DNA from: an uncultured delta proteobacterium
Lineage (GTDB): Bacteria > Desulfobacterota > Syntrophorhabdia > Syntrophorhabdales > WCHB1-27
DNA: 64,000 nt
Reading direction: 5' to 3'
NCBI GenBank assembly: GCA_963717985.1
Contig: CAVQYC010000005.1
Span: 148,508-212,507 of the forward strand
Both the position numbers and the translations under genes were made by a program. The stretch's first letter is position 1; the number at the start of each line of letters is the position of its first letter. Shown piece by piece: positions 19,477 to 28,213 of this stretch. The notes under the pieces were generated by a model that was not told where the DNA came from, made no database searches, and was given only the letters and a program-made list of their open reading frames with translations.

Positions 19477-20304
19477 ATGGAAGTGCTGCGGTTTTTTGAG
19501 TATACATTCATCCTCCGGGCGCTGATAGCCGGCTCCTTCATCGCCCTTCTCTGCGCGAACCTCGGGGTGCTCCTTGTGTTGAGGCGGCTCTCCCTGCTCG
19601 GGGACGGGCTTGCTCACGTCACGTTCGGGAGTGTTGCCCTGGGACTGCTTCTCAAGGTTCAGCCCATCTATGTCTCAGTGCCGGTTGTTGCCCTCAGCTC
19701 GCTCGCGATCCTCAAGCTGACCCAGAGGGCGCGTGTATACAGCGATGCGGCCATCGGGATCGTATCCGCCTTCGGTGTTTCAGGGGGAGTGATGCTGGCC
19801 GGTCTGGCCGCAGGCTTCAATGTGGACCTCTTCAGCTATCTCTTCGGCAATATACTGTCGATTACGACGGGCGAAATGGCGATGTCTGTCGTGCTCTCCC
19901 TGATCGTGCTCTCCGTCATCGCCTTCCGGTACAACGAGCTCCTCTCCCTGTCTTTCGATGAGGAGTTTGCCCGGACGTCCGGCATCAACGCAGGCCGCAT
20001 AAATGCGCTTCTCGCCGTGTTGGCGGCAGTGACGGTCGTCCTCGCCATGAAGCTTGTCGGGATAATGCTCACATCGGCCCTGCTTATAATCCCCGCAGTC
20101 AGCGCCTTTCAAATCGCGAAAAGCTTCAGGGGCACACTCTTCTTTGCCGCGTTCACGGCGGTCATTTCCGTATGGGTCGGCATTTTCCTCTCTTTCCTCA
20201 TGAATGTGCCCACAGGGGCGACGATCGTGCTCCTCAACCTCGCGTTTTTCCTTCTGCTCTACATGCTCAAGGCGTTGTCTGCTTTCCTTTCCCCTCGACG
20301 ATAA
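19477..20304 (+). CDS. znuB: Zinc ABC transporter permease
   Basis: RRLSLLGDGLAH, YLFGNIL and SFDEEFA motifs. Confidence 0.9.
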   Translation: MEVLRFFEYTFILRALIAGSFIALLCANLGVLLVLRRLSLLGDGLAHVTFGSVALGLLLKVQPIYVSVPVVALSSLAILKLTQRARVYSDAAIGIVSAFGVSGGVMLAGLAAGFNVDLFSYLFGNILSITTGEMAMSVVLSLIVLSVIAFRYNELLSLSFDEEFARTSGINAGRINALLAVLAAVTVVLAMKLVGIMLTSALLIIPAVSAFQIAKSFRGTLFFAAFTAVISVWVGIFLSFLMNVPTGATIVLLNLAFFLLLYMLKALSAFLSPRR

Positions 20305-20956
20305 CCGTATATTCGCCCCTCGTCTCGTGTGCTGCGACCTCTTCCAGCGCCTCTTCGATAGGGCCCCGTATGACTTCCTCGTAAAGCTTCGTGATCTCCC
20401 TGCAGATGACGACTTTCCTCTCCGGTGTCTCTTCCTTGATGACGCCGAGGGTTTCCGTGATCCTTCGGGGCGATTCGAATAATATCACCGGGAAAGGGCC
20501 TGAAAGGATCTCCCGGAGCACTTTTTTCTTTTTCCCCTTTTTCAGCGGAAGAAAGCCGTAGAAGAGGAACCTGTCGGGGGACAGGCCCGATATGGAAAGG
20601 GCCGCAAGGGCGGCGGAGGGTCCAGGCACCGCCTGCACCTCGATGCCTGCCTCACAGCTCGCCCTCACCACGACGTCGCCGGGATCCGAGATGCACGGGG
20701 TACCGGCGGCGGTAATGAGGGCGGCCTTTTTTCCTTCTGCGAGCTGCCCGACGATCATTTGAGCCCGATGTCTTTCGTTATAGCTGTTAATCGTGGTAAT
20801 CGGCTTCCTGATATCGAGATGGCTCAATAACTTGAGTGCCCTTTGACGATCCTCGGCCACAACGAAATCAACCTCCCGGAATACCTCTATCGCCCGAAGC
20901 GTGATGTCCTTCAGGTTCCCTATCGGTGTGGCAACGACGTAGAGAAGACCTGCCAT
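20267..20956 (-). CDS. rsmI: 16S rRNA C1402 2'-O-methyltransferase
   Basis: LYVVATPIGNLKDITLRA, AGTPCISDPG, FESPRR and REITKLYEE motifs. Confidence 0.95.
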   Translation of the reverse strand: MAGLLYVVATPIGNLKDITLRAIEVFREVDFVVAEDRQRALKLLSHLDIRKPITTINSYNERHRAQMIVGQLAEGKKAALITAAGTPCISDPGDVVVRASCEAGIEVQAVPGPSAALAALSISGLSPDRFLFYGFLPLKKGKKKKVLREILSGPFPVILFESPRRITETLGVIKEETPERKVVICREITKLYEEVIRGPIEEALEEVAAHETRGEYTVIVEGKGKQTTP

Positions 20957-21136
20957 GTGTCCCAACCCTCCTGCACGAACTATAATAGCGCAAGCGGACG
21001 CGTCAGGGCAAGAGTGGGAAAAGGGAAGGTGGCGTGCGATTCCTTCCTGATTATAGGTCGGATAAGTCTTACAGGACCTCCACCAAACGGCAAAAGGCTT
21101 GACAATTACGGATTATTCTACGACAATAAAAGCGGT

Positions 21137-21724
21137 ATGCTCAAGTTCCTCTTCTCTCTTGCCCTCATGATCCTGGCGCCGCTGCCCGGTATGGCGGCCA
21201 TTTATGGCTATGTCGATGCAGGGGGGGTCTATCACCTCACCAACATCAGGCCGGCCGGCAAAGGGTATCACATCATCATCGAGGAACAGGGCGGAGGAGG
21301 CTCTGCTCTTCCTTCCGTCGCGGCTCTCAACAGGAACACGTACGACCATCTTATCAAACGGCATTCAGAGGCAAACGGTCTCGACTATCGTCTGGTAAAA
21401 GCGGTGATGTTAGCCGAATCGAACGGCAATCCCTCGGCGGTTTCACAGAAAGGCGCACAGGGTCTCATGCAGATCATGCCGGATACGGCTGTTGAGCTGG
21501 AACTCCGCAACCCCTTTGATCCGGAGGAAAACATTCAGGCGGGAGCGAGGTACTTAAGGCTGCTGCACCAGATTTTCAAGGGCAATCTTGAGCTTGTTCT
21601 GGCCGCATATAACGCCGGGCCGCAAAGGGTCATACAGAACATGTCTGTCCCCCCCATAAGCGAGACGATCAGCTACATCAAGAGGGTCAAGCTTTATTAC
21701 GACAAACTAAAAGATTCTCAATGA
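21137..21724 (+). CDS. Lytic transglycosylase (SLT domain)
   Basis: AESNGNPSAVSQKGAQGLMQIMP and AAYNAGP motifs; signal peptide. Confidence 0.9.
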   Translation: MLKFLFSLALMILAPLPGMAAIYGYVDAGGVYHLTNIRPAGKGYHIIIEEQGGGGSALPSVAALNRNTYDHLIKRHSEANGLDYRLVKAVMLAESNGNPSAVSQKGAQGLMQIMPDTAVELELRNPFDPEENIQAGARYLRLLHQIFKGNLELVLAAYNAGPQRVIQNMSVPPISETISYIKRVKLYYDKLKDSQ

Positions 21725-22275
21725 AGAGCCGGGATGAAACCACCTCTGTTTGGACGCTTCCAAACAGATTAAGTCTTGTAAGAATACTTTTCATACCGGC
21801 AATACTTTACTTGATATCGACACAGAACGAGCGCCTTCGCTTTGCCTCGTGCATTCTCTTTATTATAGCCGGAATTACCGACGGTCTCGACGGCCTGATC
21901 GCGCGTCGTATGAGCATGAAGACGCGGCTCGGTGTGTACCTCGACCCTATCGCGGATAAGCTTCTCGTATCGACCGTCCTGATCACGCTTTCTTGTTACG
22001 GGCTTGTGCCGCTATGGGTCACGGTCGTAATGGTGAGCCGCGAATTTGTGATAAACGGCCTGAGGTCGTTTTATGCCGGAGAGGGTATCGTAATTCACTC
22101 GTCCTTTGCGGGAAAGCTGAAGACGACGCTTCAAATCGTGGGGATATCCTGTGTGCTTTTCAGCCGGTCGTTTTATGTGCCGGGTCTTGTCATCATCTAT
22201 GCGTCGCTCTGCTTCAGTCTCTATTCCGCCTATAGATATATCTACGTTATCTTCAGGTCCGAAACACCGGGATAG
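21721..22275 (+). CDS. pgsA: CDP-diacylglycerol--glycerol-3-phosphate 3-phosphatidyltransferase
   Basis: TLPNRLS, DGLDGLIAR..G..LDPIADKLL and GKLKT motifs. Confidence 0.9.
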   Translation: MKSRDETTSVWTLPNRLSLVRILFIPAILYLISTQNERLRFASCILFIIAGITDGLDGLIARRMSMKTRLGVYLDPIADKLLVSTVLITLSCYGLVPLWVTVVMVSREFVINGLRSFYAGEGIVIHSSFAGKLKTTLQIVGISCVLFSRSFYVPGLVIIYASLCFSLYSAYRYIYVIFRSETPG

Positions 22276-22404
22276 CCACGAGGCGGAAAATAATATCATC
22301 GTTATTGCTGGTCGGGCATGGGCAAAGCGTGCTATACTCCTGTCATCGGGCATAATACCGCCGCGCGGCTTAGGTGATCGAACAATTTCAGGAAAGTTTA
22401 GGCC

Positions 22405-22725
22405 ATGAAGATTTCGGCTAAGAATCTTACCCCGGGGATGAAACTGGAGCGTCCGGTAGCGAACAAGAACGGCCTCATGATGATAGGGGCGGATACCGAG
22501 CTTACGGGTATCCTCATTGAAAAGATACAAAAGATGGACATTCTGGCGGTTTACGTGCACGGAGAATCCAAAGCGCTTCCTCCTCGCGAGGAGCTGCTGG
22601 CCCAGCTCGACGGGCGCTTCCGGAACGTGGAAACCGCGCCCCATATGGATGTGATCAAAAAGCTGCTGAGAGAGCATATAGAGGGTCTTTACGAAGCGCA
22701 TGGATCTGAAAACTCTGAAAAGTAA
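22405..22725 (+). CDS. Hypothetical protein (resembles the N-terminal module of HD-GYP proteins)
   Basis: LTPGMKLERPV..GTELT pattern; overlaps the HDOD gene start. Confidence 0.65.
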   Translation: MKISAKNLTPGMKLERPVANKNGLMMIGADTELTGILIEKIQKMDILAVYVHGESKALPPREELLAQLDGRFRNVETAPHMDVIKKLLREHIEGLYEAHGSENSEK

Positions 22726-23527
22726 AATCGAGGGTATTCAGACGCTTGCCACGATCCCTGCGGTCGCCAAGCGTGTGCTGGAGCTGGTAGGGAACCCGAC
22801 GGTTTCACTCGCCGAGATCAGCCGCTTCATCTCTCACGACCCTGTACTGACCAGCAGGGTGCTCAGGATGGTAAATTCACCGATTTATGGCTTTCCGGGA
22901 AGGATTTCGTCCGTAAACCAGGCTGTGCTTCTCCTTGGCCTGAACGTGGTACGGGGTCTCCTTTTCGGCGTTACCGTCTTCGACCTGATGCAGCAGACAA
23001 TGATCGGCCTCTGGGAGCACTCCATGGGCTGCGCGATCCTTTCGCGCCTTATTGCGGGGAAGAGGGGGCTAAAGGACCCGGAGGAAGTGTCAATCCACGG
23101 GCTGCTCCACGATATCGGCAAAGTCATCCTCGTGCTCAAGTTTCCCGATGAGTATGAGAAAGTGATGGATGAGGCCCGGGAGAAAGACCTTACGGTATAC
23201 GAAGTGGAGTCCGGCTATTTTTCGACGACCCACGCGACGGTAGGGGCCTGGGTCGCCGAGCAGTGGAGCTTTCCAAAGCCCCTTATCGATGTCATTCAAT
23301 ATCATCATAAGCCCCATCTTTCAAAGGTGGCGCCCATGGAGACAGCAACCGTCCATTTTGCCGATGTCCTTCTCCGCGGCAGGGGATTCGGGTTTGCAGG
23401 AGATTTCACGGTTCCACCCCTGCACCCTTCCGTATGGGAGTTGGTCGGGCTGTCGGAACCCGACATTAAATCTATTCTGAGAGAGGCGGAGAACCTGCTG
23501 GAAGAGGCCTCTGACCTTTCGTTATAA
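22700..23527 (+). CDS. HDOD domain protein
   Basis: DPVLTSRVLRMVNSPIYG, LWEHS, GLLHDIGK and QYHH motifs. Confidence 0.9.
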   Translation: MDLKTLKSKIEGIQTLATIPAVAKRVLELVGNPTVSLAEISRFISHDPVLTSRVLRMVNSPIYGFPGRISSVNQAVLLLGLNVVRGLLFGVTVFDLMQQTMIGLWEHSMGCAILSRLIAGKRGLKDPEEVSIHGLLHDIGKVILVLKFPDEYEKVMDEAREKDLTVYEVESGYFSTTHATVGAWVAEQWSFPKPLIDVIQYHHKPHLSKVAPMETATVHFADVLLRGRGFGFAGDFTVPPLHPSVWELVGLSEPDIKSILREAENLLEEASDLSL

Positions 23528-23538
23528 CGGATTTTCGG

Positions 23539-24468
23539 ATGCCTGTGATGAAAACCGGTGTTCTCATTTCCCGTGATACCGCGCTGGTCGCCATAACTTC
23601 GAGGCTCCTCGAAGGCATGTGCCGCATCATCTCCTTCAGCAACATCGGGTCGGGCCTGGACTACATCTACTCTCTTATTCCTGACCTCCTCATTATCGAT
23701 CTCATCGTCAACGACGCAGGCACTGTCGATATACTCAATACACTGAAGAACGACCCGATCTTCACCCACCTGCCCGTGCTTGCGGTGATCGATGAATCGA
23801 TTCCGCCGCCACGCTGGGATACGGTCTTTATCGAGGACTATGTCTGGCGGTCGCAGATGGATAAAGACCTCTCGGCCCGCGCCCAGCTCTGCATCCTCAG
23901 GGCCGAGCGCGTGGTGGAAGTAAACCCCCTTACCAGGCTGCCGGGCAATACCTCGATCAACAGGACGATTCAGCAGCTCATCGACAAGGGCGTCGTATTT
24001 GCCGTCGGCTATGCCGACCTGGACAACTTCAAGCCCTTCAATGACCACTACGGGTTCACACGGGGCGACGAGGTGATCAAGATGACCGGAAGGCTCATCC
24101 TGAATATCGTCAAGAACAGGCAGCCGGCCGGGAGCTTTGTGGGACACATCGGAGGGGATGACTTCATCTTTGTCATGGACGCCGAGCTGATCGACGCAAC
24201 CGCTTCCGAGATGGTCGTCACTTTCGACCGGATCATCTCCACCTTTTACGACGGCGTCGATAAAGAAATGGGGGGTATTGTCGGCACCGACAGGCAAGGC
24301 AACCAGAGATCATTCTCCCTCATATCCCTCTCGATCGGGATCACCAGCAATAGAAATCGTCCGTTTTCTCACTATGGAGAGGTTACAGAGGCTGTTTCAG
24401 AAATGAAGCGGTATGCGAAGCGGGCGAAGGGGAGCTGCTACAGGTCCGACAAGCGCCACACAGGATAG
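23539..24468 (+). CDS. GGDEF domain protein with receiver-like N-terminus
   Basis: NPLTRLPGN, DLDNFKPFNDHYGFTRGD and GHIGGDDF motifs. Confidence 0.85.
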   Translation: MPVMKTGVLISRDTALVAITSRLLEGMCRIISFSNIGSGLDYIYSLIPDLLIIDLIVNDAGTVDILNTLKNDPIFTHLPVLAVIDESIPPPRWDTVFIEDYVWRSQMDKDLSARAQLCILRAERVVEVNPLTRLPGNTSINRTIQQLIDKGVVFAVGYADLDNFKPFNDHYGFTRGDEVIKMTGRLILNIVKNRQPAGSFVGHIGGDDFIFVMDAELIDATASEMVVTFDRIISTFYDGVDKEMGGIVGTDRQGNQRSFSLISLSIGITSNRNRPFSHYGEVTEAVSEMKRYAKRAKGSCYRSDKRHTG

Positions 24469-24510
24469 GGGCGGCCGGGCGCAAAAAGCGCCTCGCCCGC
24501 CCCTATCCTG
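24461..24510. terminator. Long imperfect hairpin between convergent genes
   Basis: CAGGATAGGGGCGG...CCGCCCCTATCCTG outer arms with inner GGCGC-AAAAA-GCGCC. Confidence 0.55.
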
Positions 24511-24596
24511 CGCCCGCCTCAGAAACTGTGAAAAGAGGCCATTTTAATCGTCACGCCGGGATCCAGACTTTTCTGCCCAGGTGAGGTATTGGGGCT

Positions 24597-25532
24597 TTAC
24601 CGTGCGCACGTTTCGAGTCTTTCGTTGAATTCATCGGCGCTGAATCGGTATTCCTGTGTCCCATAGCATTCGACGGCAAAGGAAGCACAGACACTGCCCA
24701 TCCGCGCGCAGCGTTCGATGTCCGATCCCTGGACGAGACCCGTGACCAAGCCGCCCCTGTAAGAGTCTCCCGCACCTGTTGGGTCGAGCACCTCTCTCGC
24801 CTTCACAAGGGGGATGCTTATCCGGCTGTTTGTTGTAGTGACCGTTGAGCCGAGGTCCCCCAGGGTGGTGATGAGGGCCCCCGTCCGTTCGAGCAAGGCC
24901 TCTTGCACCAAGCCGGTTTTCTTTATGATGAGGTCGAGCTCGTAATCGTTGGAGATCAGAATCCTGCACCCCGAGATGGCTTCGATCAGGTCTTCCCCAT
25001 TCAGCATTGGCAGCGATTGTCCGGGGTCAAAGATATAGTCGATGCCCCTCTCTTTGCACATGCGTGGATAGTTGACCATGTCGTTGAGATTGCCCGGAGA
25101 GACGATGCATAAGGTCTCCTCCGGCTTCAGCGTGTCGAAATCGAGTCCGGATGTATATTTCATGGCCCCCGGGTGGAATCCGGTGATCTGATTGTCGGCC
25201 TGGTCGGTAGTGATGTAGGCGCTTGCGGTAAATTCATCCTCGATGATTCTGATGTGCCCCGTGGAGATACCGTTTTTCTCGAACCAAAGAAAATAGCGGT
25301 GGTAATCATAGCCGCCCACGGATGCGGAGATAAGGGGGTTTTCGCCCATGAGCCCGAGGGAGTAAGCGATGTTGCCGGCCGTCCCTCCGAATTTCTCCCG
25401 CACCCCGTTCACCTGAAAACAGACATTCAGCACGTGTATCTTATCAGGCAGGATATGTTGGGAAAAGTATCCCGGGAAATCCATGATCCTGTCATAGGCC
25501 AACGAGCCGGAAACGATAACAGTCTTTTTCAT
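24597..25532 (-). CDS. PfkB family carbohydrate/nucleoside kinase (adenosine kinase-like)
   Basis: GSLAYDRIM, GGTAGNIAY, FDPGQ and DPTGAGDSYRGG motifs. Confidence 0.9.
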   Translation of the reverse strand: MKKTVIVSGSLAYDRIMDFPGYFSQHILPDKIHVLNVCFQVNGVREKFGGTAGNIAYSLGLMGENPLISASVGGYDYHRYFLWFEKNGISTGHIRIIEDEFTASAYITTDQADNQITGFHPGAMKYTSGLDFDTLKPEETLCIVSPGNLNDMVNYPRMCKERGIDYIFDPGQSLPMLNGEDLIEAISGCRILISNDYELDLIIKKTGLVQEALLERTGALITTLGDLGSTVTTTNSRISIPLVKAREVLDPTGAGDSYRGGLVTGLVQGSDIERCARMGSVCASFAVECYGTQEYRFSADEFNERLETCAR

Positions 25533-25537
25533 AAGCC

Positions 25538-25882
25538 TCAAATCACCTCGAAATCCCCTTGGGCCATGCAGTGCAACCAGTCGCGGGCATCGGGCTCCGG
25601 CGACGGGAACGGGCACATTTCCGCATCCTGAAAGACTTCATCCTGTCTCACCATGCAGACGGGCCAACCGGGTACGCCCGGCGAAACGCATGCATTATCG
25701 TTTATCCGATAGACGAGGAACTCCGTGTCACTGCAGAAGACCCGGTAACCCGCGCCCCGGTATCTGATTTTGAGTTTCCGGTTCAGCCATCCCTTGTCCG
25801 TGAAGAGGGCGACAAAATGGCTCAAAACTTCACGCTGTTCCCCGCCCGCAAGGCCGGGCGTCTGCGCTTTCTCTCCCGTCAT
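25538..25882 (-). CDS. Hypothetical protein
   Basis: ATG at 25882 with GGAGG RBS; ends 5 bp before the kinase start. Confidence 0.6.
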   Translation of the reverse strand: MTGEKAQTPGLAGGEQREVLSHFVALFTDKGWLNRKLKIRYRGAGYRVFCSDTEFLVYRINDNACVSPGVPGWPVCMVRQDEVFQDAEMCPFPSPEPDARDWLHCMAQGDFEVI

Positions 25883-26120
25883 GTCGCCTCCTACATCATT
25901 CCCTGTCGCAGCCCCGATACAAAGAAAAATAAAGGCAATCCAGGCAAATGTCAAGGATAATTCGTGTCGGTCCCCGGCTGCCGTGAGAACAACCGGGGCG
26001 GGATAAGGGTCTTTTTGGCGGCTGCAAAACAATTGACATGAAGAAGAGATTCTGATACTTCTTTAATGCGAGGATGACAGGGCGCGGGAAAGCGTTATTC
26101 TAACCGGAAATCGTTGGTTT

Positions 26121-26194
26121 TGGGGGATCGTTCAATGGCAGGACAACGGACTCTGACTCCGTGAATGGGGGTTCGACCCCCTCTCCCCCAGCCA
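26121..26194 (+). tRNA. tRNA-Gln (anticodon CTG)
   Basis: Acceptor TGGGGGA/TCCCCCA, anticodon arm ACGGA-CTCTGAC-TCCGT, GGTTCGA T-loop, encoded CCA. Confidence 0.95.
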
Positions 26195-26202
26195 TTTAAT
26201 AT

Positions 26203-26236
26203 CAAGGGGTTGCAGGTCTCCTGCAATCCCTTTTTC
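26203..26236 (+). terminator. Rho-independent terminator after the tRNA
   Basis: AAGGGGTTGCAGG-TCT-CCTGCAATCCCTTTTTT. Confidence 0.7.
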
Positions 26237-26278
26237 ATTGTCCGGCCGGCGGCTCGGGGTATGCGGCGGCCGCATGCG

Positions 26279-26611
26279 TCACTTGTTGGCGGTCGGTTCT
26301 ATGAGGCCGAGGCGGATCATCTTCTGAGCAAGTGCGTAAATGTCCTTTTTGTCTCCTTCTTTGCGGATTCCCACTGCCACGACGAGAACGATAACGGTCG
26401 CGGCCTCTACCCGGTAAAGAATTCTGTATCGTTGCCCTGCGGTACGCACACAGCGATATCCCCGCAACTCGCCATGCAGTTCTTTCCCCTGTTTATCAGG
26501 ATCCTGGCTCAGTTGGTCGATCCTTTTTTGAATGAGCTCGTTGATGCGTCTGTCTCTCACGTCTTTGATCATTTCAAGGGCTGTAGGCGTGATCCGGATG
26601 GCGTAGGTCAA
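26279..26611 (-). CDS. RelE/ParE family toxin
   Basis: GKELHGELRGYRCVRTAGQRYRILYRV..VLVVAVGIR; probable TTG start overlapping the antitoxin stop. Confidence 0.9.
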   Translation of the reverse strand: MTYAIRITPTALEMIKDVRDRRINELIQKRIDQLSQDPDKQGKELHGELRGYRCVRTAGQRYRILYRVEAATVIVLVVAVGIRKEGDKKDIYALAQKMIRLGLIEPTANK

Positions 26612-26880
26612 GCCTTGAGTTCTCTTTTCGCGCTTTCCCACGGAATCGTTTTGCCCTCCTGGGCTTCCTTGATGCTCAGGCGCAAGGACTTCATCAGCTC
26701 CTCATCGCCCATGATCTCGATGGTTTCATAAAGGGCCTCAAAGAACTCCCATGACATTATCGCCAGGACCGGTTTTCCTCTCCTGGTGACAACTACGGTC
26801 GGATCTTTCCCCTGCGTTTCAAGTTCTTCGGGCAGAGACGTCAATTTCTTTCTTGCCTCCATCATAGGTAGTGTCTGCAT
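26608..26880 (-). CDS. Phd/YefM family antitoxin
   Basis: EARKKLTSL..VVVTRRGKPVLAIMS..ETIEIM motif. Confidence 0.9.
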   Translation of the reverse strand: MQTLPMMEARKKLTSLPEELETQGKDPTVVVTRRGKPVLAIMSWEFFEALYETIEIMGDEELMKSLRLSIKEAQEGKTIPWESAKRELKA

Positions 26881-26899
26881 GGTTAACCTCGTTTATAAA

Positions 26900-26927
26900 G
26901 TACTGCTACAGGTACAGTGTAGCGTAC
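26900..26927. promoter_or_regulatory. Imperfect inverted repeat, possible TA autoregulatory operator
   Basis: GTACTGCTACA-GGTACAG-TGTAGCGTAC just upstream of the antitoxin gene. Confidence 0.4.
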
Positions 26928-27055
26928 GTATGAGAGGAAGTCAAGCAGGCGGAGGCAATTAGATCCTGAGGAGGGCCGGAAAATAGATGATGGGTAACCG
27001 ATGTCATGACAATTCTCAATTAGCGATTAAACTAAGGGATAGGAGATGATTGAAC

Positions 27056-27139
27056 ATGAGCCCTATCGAGTTAATCATTTTGATCATCGTCTTAATCCTT
27101 GTGTTCGAGGGGAGCGATTTTCACCTGAGGAGACGCTAG
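27056..27139 (+). CDS. Putative 27-aa single-TM small protein
   Basis: MSPIELIILIIVLILVFEGSDFHLRRR*, with AGGAG at 27041-27045 upstream. Confidence 0.45.
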   Translation: MSPIELIILIIVLILVFEGSDFHLRRR

Positions 27140-27205
27140 GAAGTTGTCCCTCATAGAGAACAGAAGGTTGTGACGATCTTGAGCGAGTACTTCCGAGGAA
27201 GGGAA

Positions 27206-28003
27206 CTAGCCGCTTCCGGCACCGTCTTCGGTGATCTTCTTATCGGTTGCCATGATCAAGCTCCGGAGTCGCTCCACCAGGTCGAGGATGTGCCTGGGGT
27301 TTGCCTTGAAGCCTGTGGACTTGCTCTCCACGATCCTGTAGTTGGCATTGATCTCGATCTGGGCTGCCTCGATGCCGAGCACGTTCTTGGCGAAATAGGT
27401 GACCGTGCCTTCGCCGTGGGCAGAAAAGCTTTGGTTGAACACCCGGGGCTCGAAGCCTGAGAAAGTTCGCTTGATGAGGTGTCTGAACGTCGGGCAGGAG
27501 CACAGCGTGACCGCATTGTCCATGATCCCCACGTCGACCTTGTAAGGTCTATGGCTATCCGAGCCGTGGAGGTCGAGGACAAACCGGATGTTGCTCTCCT
27601 TCACGACCTTCTTCAGGAATTCCTTGTATTGAGTACCTTCGTCGTTGTTCGGGTCCTCTCCTGCCTTGTTCTTCACGTAGAGCACATGGGCGCCCGTTAG
27701 CTTCCCAAGCTCGATGGCAAGGGAGGCGGTGTAGGCGTCTTCCGCCTTCCAGCGGGCCTCTTTTGTCCTGCAATGCTTTGCCCCGTGCGGCGCTGAGACA
27801 AGGATCGGGATCGTACCCTTGATGTACGCGAAATACGGGTCTGCCGGCATATCGTAGTCGATTTGGCCGAACTCGATTGCCCGCATATCCCGAAGAATGT
27901 CGATCTTACGGCCCCCAGGGACCCCTTCGCCGGTCTTTACCATGAGAACGGACAGGACTCCTCCCAAAAAAAGGATCGCTATCATACGTGTCCGGCTTAT
28001 CAT
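27206..28003 (-). CDS. N-formylglutamate amidohydrolase-like exported protein
   Basis: PILVSAPHG, VLDLHG and QIEIN motifs; N-terminal hydrophobic segment; start uncertain. Confidence 0.6.
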   Translation of the reverse strand: MISRTRMIAILFLGGVLSVLMVKTGEGVPGGRKIDILRDMRAIEFGQIDYDMPADPYFAYIKGTIPILVSAPHGAKHCRTKEARWKAEDAYTASLAIELGKLTGAHVLYVKNKAGEDPNNDEGTQYKEFLKKVVKESNIRFVLDLHGSDSHRPYKVDVGIMDNAVTLCSCPTFRHLIKRTFSGFEPRVFNQSFSAHGEGTVTYFAKNVLGIEAAQIEINANYRIVESKSTGFKANPRHILDLVERLRSLIMATDKKITEDGAGSG

Positions 28004-28213
28004 AACCTGCCGCGAAACAGCCAAAGTATCTATAATGATAGGGGAAAAAACACGTAGAGTCAAGGGGGGCAGGCGCCCGAGACTTTACCGGCCCCTAGGT
28101 CATCATCCCTGAATCCAGGCACAATTGTTCGCTTTACCATTTACACGATCGCGCCGATAACACTTAGGTGCGGTACATCCGAAAGAGAGGAAGCGACGGT
28201 TGAGGGGGATGCG

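Noticed and set aside
23539-24468. GGDEF protein as a Hypr-type cGAMP synthase for the riboswitch
   Set aside because: The specificity position is Asp (GFTRGD), not the Ser/Thr of Hypr enzymes, and there is no evidence linking it to the omcS locus
26165-26731. 188-aa plus-strand ORF
   Set aside because: Starts inside the tRNA and is antisense to the TA genes
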